DNA from: Salisapilia sapeloensis CBS 127946
Lineage: Eukaryota; Protista; Oomycota
Assembly (NCBI GenBank): GCA_023334545.1
Contig: JAADVB010000045.1
Location: forward strand, 1 to 64,000
DNA: 64,000 bases
Direction of reading: 5' to 3'
Part shown: positions 1 through 10,410 of the stretch, piece after piece
Layout: every line of letters begins with the position of its first letter
Numbering within the stretch: the stretch's first letter is position 1
Notes under the pieces: model-generated
The model's input: only the letters and a program-made list of their open reading frames with translations
The model's database searches: none
Told to the model about the DNA's origin: nothing
Program-made: the position numbers and the translations under genes

Positions 1-1216
1 GAATAAAGCATGCTCGAAAGTGTCTAGTGGGCTGGTCTAGAGTGTCTACAAGTCGTTCCTTCATCTCTAAAATGATCAAAGTATATCTACGACCGTTCAA
101 GGTACACCGAGTGCTCGTAGGCTCGATCACTGTCCTAAATTGCCACGAGCGTGTAGCCATAGTACCGAGATCATCGATAAGTCGAAAAAGGAGGAAAACA
201 CTACAGCCGTACATGTTGCGCAAAGGACTGGATATGATGCAAAAGATTTGGGGGATGATGTCAAGAGATATGCAAAAACGACAGTTGAGATCGATTTCAA
301 AGTCTTTTGCGATTCGTGCTGCTATTGTGCTGGTATTGACATCTCCATTTCTGTCATCGTGTATTGTCCACTCCTGCGTCATGCTTTGGCGGGGAATAGC
401 GTCGAGTGTATTGTGGTTTCTAGTTGGAAGTCATCGAGGTTGAAGTTGCATTCGATTTAGTTGCAACATTGAACTCTTCACCATTTCAGTGGGACAGAGT
501 ACAGTATGAGTCACGATGCTTCCCAATTATTTCATCCACCACGGTACGTCGCCTGTTCCGAAATAATAGCGAAGAGGTCAATAGCGCAAGTAAAGTGAAG
601 AGCTCACCAAGTGAAGCGACTGTTTCGCGCGCATTTTCAAATGTGCACATTTCGAGCACCAGGCATGACTCGTAGTCTTCTCGAAGATCGTTTTCCCGTG
701 ATTGCATCAAAGACGAACGATCATTCGCTTGCATATTCCTTCTTTGAGAGGAAAGATATAGTGAGGTGCTACGCTAGGTTTCCAGCGACAAGTGGAAAAA
801 CAAAATCGGCCACTCCCACTGAATGTGAAATTGTCCGTTTTACTAGCATGAATAAAGGTGCAAAATGTGAATCCCCAATTTACAAAATCGATATCTAGCG
901 CGAACACGGCCTTTGAACTTCGGACTCGCATTTGATATAACCCTATGCAAATTCGATCCGGAAACTAACCATAAATGTATTCATCTTTTAATGAAATACC
1001 TCAAGATAAAAAAAGTATAGTTTCGATTAACCCTGCTACAAGGAGGTCCATGTCTTGCAACTCATGTCTATAATTTATTCATGTACGCAAATTACGTAGT
1101 ATAGTAAATGTACTCTTACTTGGTCATTTCGGAAAGTTTATAAAATGACACAATTTGCTGACCACGAGCTCTTCCTAGCGCAGTGACCGCTGCTGCATGC
1201 CAATAAGTTGAGATTG

Positions 1217-2215
1217 ATGAAACGAGCACCAGTACCTCTAGAACAAGTTGGCGACCTGATCTCATTGGGACTTGAAAAGTGCGCTAGCTCTCTTCCAAGA
1301 GTACTCATAGTCGGCGATGGCAACTTCTCATTCACTCGAGCATGGGTGCGTGCCAATCTGACGTCCATCCAGTCCAAGCAAATCGATGTCACTGCAACTT
1401 CTTTGGACACGAAAGAAGAGCTATTGGCAATGTACCCGAAATCAGAAACGATCCTGTCCGAATTACAGGATGACCATGTTCATGTCCTTCACGATGTTAA
1501 TGCGACCAAGTTACAGGATTATGCCTTTGCAAAGCAATCTTTCGACAGACTAGTCTTCAACTTCCCACATTACGCAGAGAACAAGAGTCGACATAATAAA
1601 ATCCATCGCCATCGACAATTGCTTCGAAACTTTTTCGCGAGTGCGAATGAGGTACTGGACGCCTCGGGACAGATCTGGGTGACTTTATGTGGAGGCCAAG
1701 GAGGCACTCCATCGGACATAAAGCAGCGAGAGTGGGGAGATCACTGGCAGATCGCCTCCATCGCTGCGTCCTACGGCTTTATCTTGCTGGATGCCCATCG
1801 ATGTCCAGTGGAAAAACTACAAGAACTGGGATACGGCAGTGTCGGCTACCAGCTACGCGAGCAAGCTTTCTGGACGCAGGATGCTATCACCCATGTCTTT
1901 TGTCGAGAGAGTACTGGCCAAGAGGCTCGATACCCTCTCGAATGGACTCGACATATGAGCTTTTGGGTGCACGAAGGGTTTACAGAGGAGAAACTGAAGC
2001 ATGTGATCCAGTCTCACTTCCCGTCACCCCTCGAGTGGGAAATCGAGCGAATCGATACGTACAATTGTCCCAAGACAGGTCGGACTGCTGTGACGTACAA
2101 GCTAGAGGCGTCGAGTCGGCATACGGCATTGTCGCGAGAAGATGTGAATAAACGAACGGAAGGTGCCTTGGTAGAGATAGAAAGCTCAGACTTTGCGAGT
2201 TCTCGAGACAAATAA
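1217..2215 (+). CDS. BMT5/DUF2431-type rRNA uridine-N3 methyltransferase domain fused to a C-terminal FDX-ACB domain (FDXACB1-like)
   Basis: VLIVGDGNFSF and FDRLVFNFPH motifs typical of DUF2431; C-terminal MSFWV..IERIDTYNCPKTGRTAVTYKL resembles the ferredoxin-fold anticodon-binding domain. First ATG at 1217; intronless. Confidence 0.85.
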   Translation: MKRAPVPLEQVGDLISLGLEKCASSLPRVLIVGDGNFSFTRAWVRANLTSIQSKQIDVTATSLDTKEELLAMYPKSETILSELQDDHVHVLHDVNATKLQDYAFAKQSFDRLVFNFPHYAENKSRHNKIHRHRQLLRNFFASANEVLDASGQIWVTLCGGQGGTPSDIKQREWGDHWQIASIAASYGFILLDAHRCPVEKLQELGYGSVGYQLREQAFWTQDAITHVFCRESTGQEARYPLEWTRHMSFWVHEGFTEEKLKHVIQSHFPSPLEWEIERIDTYNCPKTGRTAVTYKLEASSRHTALSREDVNKRTEGALVEIESSDFASSRDK

Positions 2216-2243
2216 AGCAAGATTTCGTGTTTCATAAGTGTCT

Positions 2244-2702
2244 TTAACTAGCTAGAGCGTTATACAGCATCAAGTTCGCAACGTTCCCGATGATATGCAT
2301 GGACCGATGCCAACTAGACGATTCGTCTTGATCGACAGACTTCCTCGCCCGGAAATAACAGTACCCCACTGCTGCCACGAGCACGAAGTAGAGCGATTGG
2401 TAGAATCCATCTTCACAAGAGAAACTGCGGTACGTGTGGTACAAGACGCAAACCGCGACGGCGGCTTGGTCCATCGTTCGACGCCAGCCCAAGCACGGTG
2501 CTCGCCAGTAGTTTATCGAAGTGATTAGTACCATTGCCGCGAGCAACGAACAGATCCACAAGTTGTTCATGTAGGCTCCATATACGGATGCAATTGTTGT
2601 CATGGACGATCGATAAAGTCGTAGCGCATACTTGGGCGGCAGTACTGCTTCGTGCCTTCCCATCTCTATAAATTCGACGAGAATGTGAAAAGGTGTTGAC
2701 AT
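2244..2702 (-). CDS. Small multi-pass membrane protein with CREST-like motifs (TSINYW, RRTMD, WHRSMH)
   Basis: 152-aa intronless ORF with several hydrophobic segments and a terminal HxxxH. Confidence 0.7.
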   Translation of the reverse strand: MSTPFHILVEFIEMGRHEAVLPPKYALRLYRSSMTTIASVYGAYMNNLWICSLLAAMVLITSINYWRAPCLGWRRTMDQAAVAVCVLYHTYRSFSCEDGFYQSLYFVLVAAVGYCYFRARKSVDQDESSSWHRSMHIIGNVANLMLYNALAS

Positions 2703-3064
2703 GTTGACGTCATCCGGATACTTCCACTAAATGCGCGCCGGAATATTTTTACCACATTCTCATTTCTCTTTCTAGAGTTCATGCATGCCATCTTCTTCCA
2801 TTTACATGAATTTATCATCATATAGAGCAGTGCTATCACCTATATTATGAGTCATAGATAAAATATTAAAAGGCACGCTTTATGTACGTCTGTAGACATG
2901 ATATACAGCTCTAAAGTAGGTTACTACGTCCATAATGGTCATAGGAAATGTCCGACGTTGATGGTGAAGGTTGTTACATATACAAAGTGAACAGATCGAT
3001 GCGATGCAACAATAACAAGAGCATGGCGGATCTTCATTTGCTTTCAATTTCCTATCGTCCTAGA

Positions 3065-4117
3065 TCAAGAAGCACGAACGTCGCGCTGCGTCTTCTTCGC
3101 TTCTTCCAAAATACGGATCTGAGGGATCACAGTCTTGGGGTCTACGAGCAGCTGCGCGTTACAGCGAATCGCCTCGGCGATATTCGTGTAGTAGATAAGG
3201 TAGGCACCACGTTCACTCGGGATCACCTTTTCGTTGCCGTCATTATCTTTAAAGGTGCCATACATGGCATCCGGTTCTTTTCCCCATCCATTATCCTCTC
3301 CATTTCCATCCGTCGGTCGCAATCCTTCTTTTAACCACTGCTCCTGCACATCCTCTCCACCCTTTTCAAACGTCCCTTCAGATCCCTTGACAATGTACTT
3401 TGGTCCGGCATCCTGTACGAGATTCCCAGCCGTCAAGATGACCTTGAGCTCCGGACGTTTCACGTACTTGAACTGCAGGCAGAAGTAGTCTTCACTCATC
3501 GCTCCTTCGCGCTGGATTTGCACGTCAGCATCCACGTCGTCCGGTTGTCCAAACAACTGCAGCGTTTGATCCACGAGGTGCGCACCCAGGTCGTACAAGG
3601 TGCCTCCGCCCATGTCAGCAGCATCCTTCCACGTGCCTTTTAGACTCGGTCTGTACCTGTCAAAGTGCGCTTCATAGTGGGTCACTTGCCCAAACGCACC
3701 GCTCTCAATCAGTTTTCGGACAGTTAAAAAGTCACTATCCCAACGACGGTTCTGGAAGACGGAGAAGAGGACACCTTGGCGATTCGCCAGATCCATGAGC
3801 TCCTGCGCCTGTGCAGTCGTTTGGCACAATGGCTTATCGACAATGACATGTCGCTTCGCGAGCATCGCTTGCTTCGCCTGTTCAAAGTGCAAAGACGTTG
3901 GTGTGGAGATGACCACTAGCTCGACGTTGGTGGCTAGCAATGCGTCCATGGATCGTACGATCTCCGGTGCAGGCGTGAGCACTTGGCTCCGACTCGCTGA
4001 TCGTTCTAGTACATGAGTAATTTCGAACCTCCGAGGTAAACTTTGGATCAAAGGTGCATGGAAGACACTAGAACCAAGGCCAAAGCCGACAAGCCCGACA
4101 CGAATGCGCTCCTCCAT
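3065..4117 (-). CDS. Gfo/Idh/MocA oxidoreductase, YdgJ/IolW (scyllo-inositol dehydrogenase)-like
   Basis: VGLVGFGLGSSVFHAPLI Rossmann start, HVIVDKP, FQNRRWDSDF, GGTLYDLGAHLVDQ; intronless 350 aa. Confidence 0.9.
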   Translation of the reverse strand: MEERIRVGLVGFGLGSSVFHAPLIQSLPRRFEITHVLERSASRSQVLTPAPEIVRSMDALLATNVELVVISTPTSLHFEQAKQAMLAKRHVIVDKPLCQTTAQAQELMDLANRQGVLFSVFQNRRWDSDFLTVRKLIESGAFGQVTHYEAHFDRYRPSLKGTWKDAADMGGGTLYDLGAHLVDQTLQLFGQPDDVDADVQIQREGAMSEDYFCLQFKYVKRPELKVILTAGNLVQDAGPKYIVKGSEGTFEKGGEDVQEQWLKEGLRPTDGNGEDNGWGKEPDAMYGTFKDNDGNEKVIPSERGAYLIYYTNIAEAIRCNAQLLVDPKTVIPQIRILEEAKKTQRDVRAS

Positions 4118-4270
4118 CCTGCGTCGATGGGGGCTGTTCTAAGAATGACCCAGTGACATGATGTCAAAAAATTAAATTCCCGATTTATTATGCATACTTG
4201 CTGGTTAGATAGGTTATCTGTATTGTGGGACTAGTCGCAATAAAAAGTGACAACAAACCATCAATTGAGC

Positions 4271-7200
4271 ATGGGGCGCAAGAAGGCTAAGAAGAGGAAG
4301 AATGGTGCGACTTGCTGCATTCAAATACTTTATTATAGTGACCCAAACTTTCTTACCTATCTGTTAATGCTAATTTTATATCCTATGTAGCTGGAGGTGA
4401 TGCTACAGGCGCTACTCCTCGATCCACGCCGGTGGTGGATGCCGAGACGCAGGCCGAGGCATTGGGATTACAGGAACAGGAAGTTGAAGTCTTACAAGCT
4501 ATCTTTGATTCGGATATGACCATGCATTCTTCTACTCCTGTCTATACGTACTTGTTCACAATTCGCTTGGCTTGCGAAACCACCGGTGGGCGAGGTGCAG
4601 CAGAAGTCTTGCTGCATTTCGACTTGAGCAAAGGATATCCTCTCGTCCAGCCACCCAATATTACTGTCGAAAACCAGCATGGCATTTCGAAAGATGAAAA
4701 GAAGAAGCTGACGAGCGAATTAGAAACTCAGGCAAAATCCAAAATCGGAGACGCGGTCATCTACGATCTCGTCGTCTCCGCCACCGAGTTCATACAGGAA
4801 CATCTAAAGGACCAGACATCGTTCTTTGATCAAATGGTACATCGACAGCATGAAATTGAATCTGCTGAAAAACGCGAACAGGACGAGTTATTAGAGCAGC
4901 AGGAGCAAGCAGAACTGGCAAAAGACCAGGAGTTACTAGCTCTCATTGATGCAGAGCGTCGTCGGAAGGAGGAGAAAGTGGAGGAAAACCGGAGGATGAA
5001 ACAGACGCGACAGAGAAGACGTCGGCATCGCTCTAGCATCGACGTGGACGAAGAGAGTTTCAGTCGAGGCGACGGGTACGACAGCTACGAGAGTGACACG
5101 CAGCCATCTAAGATCCCAGAAAACAGTGGCGACACGAAAGACTCGGAAGATAGTTCAGAAGAAGCAGACGATCTATCACTTGCGAGTAACGACGCCTTTC
5201 GCCACTCTCGCTACCACTCGGACTTTAAGGAGCTCGGTATCCTCGGTCGAGGTGGTGGTGGCGAAGTCGTGAAGGCTCAGAACCGACTCGATAGACAGCT
5301 GTACGCAGTTAAGAAGATCAAATTAGATGCTGAGGATCCAGCTATGAAGAAGAAGCTGCTCAGAGAAGTCAAGACGATTTCACGCATGCAGCATCGACAT
5401 ATTGTCCGGTACTTTCAAGCGTGGCTAGAGGACGAAAGCGGTCTCGGTAGTGACAGTGAGTCAGAGGAAGAGGACGAGAGTGCATCTAGTGCTTCTCGTA
5501 TAAATCAGAGGAAAGTGTCGACAGATGAAGAGTACGAAGATGACGATTGGCTTGGTACGATGAGTAAGAGCAATGGTCTATGGCAAAGCTCCCCGAGTGA
5601 TGACGATTGGGATGAAATGGAAGAAGCGCCGGAAGAGTATATACAGGATCAAGTGCTATCCAAGCCATCGGCCGTTGCATTAGGAGGACAGAATCGAACC
5701 TTGCGACGGAATGAACGTCTGTACATTCAGATGGAATACTGTGAAGGCAATGCTCTTCGAGAAGTGATTGATAAGAGTGGGCTGCATGCACATCCAGATA
5801 AGATCTGGACGTTATTTCGACAAATCCTTGAAGCCATGACTTACATCCACCGCCAAGGTGTCATCCATCGAGATATTAAACCGCCCAACATCTTTCTTGA
5901 TGCTGAAGGAGCTGTCAAACTAGGAGACTTTGGTCTTGCCGTGCGTCCACCGAAAGCTCTGGATGAAGAAGTGAATGACGAAACTGGCGTCGAGAACGCC
6001 CCAGTTGGATTCGATTCGGTCGGGTCTACTGCAGCTGAATTGTACGGGAAGCTCAAGACACTAAGTCTCGACAGCACGAGACACAACGTCCCATGGAGCG
6101 CTACGAGCACATCGCTAGGCAATGGAGTCGACATCACGGCAGGCGTCGGGACAACATTGTACCGAGCGCCAGAGCAAGAGCGAGAAGGTCAACGGTACGA
6201 TCAGAAAGCAGATTTATATTCCCTCGGCATCGTTTTCTTTGAAATGTGGTCACCACCTTTTGCAACGCAAATGGAGCGCTTCAATGCACTCATGGCACTA
6301 CGTGAAAACCATGAACTACCATCTACTTTTGACGTTCCGGAGAACGTCAAGGCATTGATCTTATGGCTCTGCAGTCGCGATCCAAAGGACCGACCGAACG
6401 CAGCAGATGTCCTACGCAGTAATCTTCTTCCAGCTAAAATGGAAGTAGAACAGTCGTACTTGCAAGAAGCGTTAGAGACACTAGCGAACCCGCAAGGACG
6501 TTTCTTCTCGCAATTCGTAGACGCTTTGCTAGCACATGATCCAGAAGCACATGCGCAATACACGTACGATCACTTGGAACCAAAGAAGCAGCGTACACAG
6601 CTCGCAGAGCTCCACACACGTGCGTTTGTCAAAGGCACTTTACAAAAGGTGTTGGAGAGACATGGAGCGACGGAGCATTCGACACCGCTCTTGCTACCAC
6701 GAGCACCAGCTCAGAACTTACCCAAGAATGCATTCACGCTACTAGATCGCAGCGGTGTGGCCGTTGCACTGCCTTTTGACCTGACGGAACGTATGGCGAG
6801 ATACGTTGGCCGACAGAATTTGTCTCGATGGAAAGGCTTTGAGTTCTCACGAGTGTATCGAGCTCATCCGGCTGGAGGTCACCCTCATGAGTTTCTCGAA
6901 GCTGAGCTTGCGATCGTTTGGAATGAAAAGAACCAGTTTCGTTGTGTCGAAATCGAAGCTTTGCAAGTCGTGGCAGAAGTCATGGATGCATTAAGTTCAT
7001 ACGTTGGTAGCTACTACCTTCGTGTGGCTGATGCTAGGCTTACGAAAGCTGTCTTGGAATTGTGTAATGTCCCAATAGGTTCGAGGCGAGAGGTATTGAG
7101 GCTCTTAGCAAGAGAGACGGCATCGAGAGTGCATCATGGTACGTCAAGTACCTCCATTCCAGCCATACAAAAAGGTGCGTGGAGATACATTACCAAGCGG

Positions 7201-8541
7201 ATGCAGCAACATGGCGTCTCGGAATGTGTCATGGAAGCTCTGCAGCCGTTCTTCCTCTTGCCAGAGGATCCACTCAGCTCTCTCGACCACACTGAGTCGG
7301 AGCTCAAGCAACTAGCAGCTAAACACAAGGAGAATAGTGATGCAGGACAGAAGACTGCAGTGCATATGCGTCGAATGCTCAAGGAAGCCAACGAAGCGAT
7401 TGCATCTCTCCGAGAGCTGCTGTCCATGCTTGACGCAGTGGGTCTCCAAGGCCCCACGTGCCTTCGACTTGACATTGGTCTAAGTCCACGACCAGAACGC
7501 TACACATCCGGACTGATCTTCCAAGCAGTCCTCATGCCTACATCGTCGAAGCAAAGCTTTAAGACGCAAGTGATCGCAGAAGGAGGACGATACGACTCGC
7601 TCGTCTCAAGTTTCCGTCTGCCATCCAAGTCCATTAAGGCAAGCCCCGTCGCTGCCATGAGCGTACGTGTATCGATCGATAAGATCTGTCCATGGGTCGT
7701 CACGACAGCCGAGACGAAACCTTCTAACACTGTAGCACCAATTGGCAAGCAGCATACAATCCTCGTATGCTCTGCAGGCAAAGGCAATGAACTTCCTCGC
7801 TTGAGACTCCAAGTCGCTATGATCCTATGGAGCCATAGTCTCGATGCCGAGTACTTGCATCCAGATGCTTTGCATCTCGAAGACTTGGAAACGTACTGTG
7901 TCGCGCAGCAGATACGATGGATGGTCGTCGTGCAAAAGCATTTGCTTGAAAAGAAACAAGTGAAAGTACGCGCAGTTCGTAATCCGAGTGAGCCGGACGT
8001 TGTCGTAAGCTGCAGCACCTTGGCCGAGTTCATGGCTGAACGACTGCATCTTCAGAACGCAAGTGCTGACTCGAGTGGTAATACATTCGACGCGACGACG
8101 AGTGACAATGCGCCGCAGCCAGTATTTGACGTCGTGGTCGTGGATAATAAGCAGCATGGCAAGGAAGGACGTGGAGGCAACAAGAATCATCAGATGGACT
8201 CGCAGAAAATCACGCGACGAGTGTCCAAGTGGATTAGCGCGAGTTTCTCTTCGAAAGGTGAAGAAGCGATGAAAGTCGTGTCTGTCGACCTACCCTTCGT
8301 GCTGCTTCGAGAATTGTCAACAGCCTTGATGGAATCTGGTGCGACTGGCGTCGATGACGTGTGTGCGCGTAATCCACGCTATCGGAAGCAAGTGCGCAAC
8401 ACATCTGATGAGATATTGGCGTTGCAACCGCAGAAAGGGCATGTGACGAGAGAACGCTACGTGCTGTTGCATAGCCTGGTAGACGACAGGTACGACATGA
8501 TGTCTCTAACTCAATCGAATAAGGATGGAGGGAAAAGATAG
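4271..8541 (+). CDS. GCN2: eIF2-alpha kinase GCN2 (RWD, kinase, HisRS-like and C-terminal domains)
   Basis: RWD (YPLVQPP), kinase (LGRGGGGEVVK, YAVKKI, HRDIKPPNIF, DFG, GTTLYRAPE), HisRS-like region (AEGGRYD). Short first exon 4271-4304 (MGRKKAKKRKN), intron 4305-4390 spliced in frame. Confidence 0.95.
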
Positions 8542-8671
8542 ATCGAGTGCATGTGCATAGCTTGAGAGACAAGGAAAAGCAAGTCTATTGGTCCTACCAC
8601 CACTACATGGCGTGATAAACAACTCGGACACGATGCCTAGTTCCTTTGATACCAAACTTCGTTGGAAATGT

Positions 8672-9885
8672 CTACTGCTCTTGCACCGGTAGCCCCATGT
8701 TCTTAAACCTGCATACTAGATGTTAGATGAAACAAGATGCTAGTGCTTTCGATAGAACGTACGCTTCTGCCTGTTTCGCATACATGGCTTCCACCTTAGT
8801 TCGGAACTCGTCGTTCTCTTGCGCAAACTTGTTCAGCGCGACCGTGAATTGCTGTAGTGAAGAGATTTAGTCGTGATCGGATAGTAGGAGGGCAGGATAC
8901 ATACGTCTTGCGTTAGGTTGTACGACTTCATGAGCTGCACAGCCATGAGCTGCACTTGTTCCAAGTAGATGGACTGGTACTCTTCCAACGCCTTGGCAGG
9001 GTCCGAGATACCCTCTTCCTTAGCATGTGCCAGCGTCTCCTTCATTGCCGTCACCATGCCGTTGATCAGGTTGTCGACCACCTCGAGCATCGTCTCTTGC
9101 GTCAGTCCTTCCGGAAGTTCGATTTCCTCTTGCGCTGGCAGCACACTACTCGAACATGATTAATTACAGGAGCTAGAAGAATCGATAGGGGAGACGTACG
9201 ACTGCATGATTTCAGCAATGCCCTGATTGATCTCCTGTACGTCTTGATCACCTCGGCAGCTGATCAAGGCCTGTTCAAAGTCACTTCGATCCCATCCACG
9301 CGATTCCAGAATCTACACCACCATTTATAAGCATCCTTCTCTTGTCAAATGTCTTTGAAGTGTCATACCTTTTGCTCGACACTTTCCATGAGCTGGAAAA
9401 TCTGTTCACCGAGAGCTTGTTGCAATTGCTCTTCCGTCAGATTCTCATTATTCTCCTTCATGTACTCTCGAACAGCCTTGTCCATCTCTGGAATTTGTTT
9501 CTACATGGAAAACTAGTGAGTGGATGGCATACGGATCATGAAAGATGATTCGTACGATGAGCTCCTGGAGACTCGCTTTCAAGTCGAGCAAGTAGCCTTT
9601 CACATCGTCCTTGCTGATATTGCTTTGCTTCGGAGCAGCTTGCGGAGCAGAAGCAGTCTTGGCTTTCGGCGCAGTCGAGGCAGACGCGTCATACCACATT
9701 TTGCCAACGCCGAGGACAGCACCGACGACTGCGACGCCAGCAAGCACTCCGGAGACGTCTCCTTTCTTATGGGGAGGCATGGAGCTTGCAGCTACGTTCG
9801 CAGTCGCATGGCGGGCCGACGGACGGGCCGAGGGGCATGCAGCTGCCTTGAAAGACGCGGATACTCGACGTGCGAAGGTTCTCAT
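8672..9885 (-). CDS. Hypothetical protein with mitochondrial-like presequence and one TM helix, multi-exon
   Basis: N-terminus MRTFARRVSASFKAA (Arg/Ala/Ser-rich, no acidic residues), TM segment VLAGVAVVGAVLGVG, several helical exons joined by GT-AG introns, ending FKNMGLPVQEQ* at 8672. Confidence 0.72.
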
Positions 9886-10246
9886 TTGTACTTGTGCAAA
9901 TTATCAAACGCCAATCGATCAGTGTCTTGAACAACAAATCATCTGACACTATCTTCAACCCACAGACGTGATGGGTGGCAATCTATGAAAGAACAGTTGT
10001 CCAGAGTCGACGACAACACCACAATGTCTCTACGCTCGTTTCTTCTTCCTTTACCTACCTTGCCTTCGACAAAACGAGTGAACGCTTTCATTGTTTATCC
10101 TTTCTCTTGACTAGTCGTCGCTTTCGTATACAAGTGCTGAAAACGGTCCACCCCTTGGAAAGAAAATCTGGTCGGCCATTCTTTCGCTGAGAGTCAGACG
10201 GTTGGCACGTCGCATACAATTTCCAAGTCCAGCCTCGTCCAATCGT

Positions 10247-10354
10247 ATGCGCCAGTTCGTCTTGTCGTCCACGCCTTTTCACCTTCCATTCAAAAAGCCA
10301 CAAGCACGCCATTACATAATTCGCGCAGGTCGGCACAAGCGGAATCCGATCTAA
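10247..10354 (+). other. Candidate upstream ORF (35 aa) in the leader of the bZIP gene
   Basis: ATG 10247 to TAA 10354, ending 56 nt before the bZIP ATG; the transcription start is unknown. Confidence 0.3.
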
Positions 10355-10410
10355 CCACGAGCACGACGTCGAGCGACGCGAGTCAAATACCTTCCGAAGC
10401 CCCGAACACC

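Noticed and set aside
1-931. Overlapping ORFs at the left edge (27-443, 140-460, 486-734 and an open minus frame running off the window)
   Set aside because: There is probably part of a spliced gene here, since intron-like segments occur on the minus strand. I could not build a consistent model or recognise a family, and the ankyrin-like TAVHVAQRTGY is too weak on its own.
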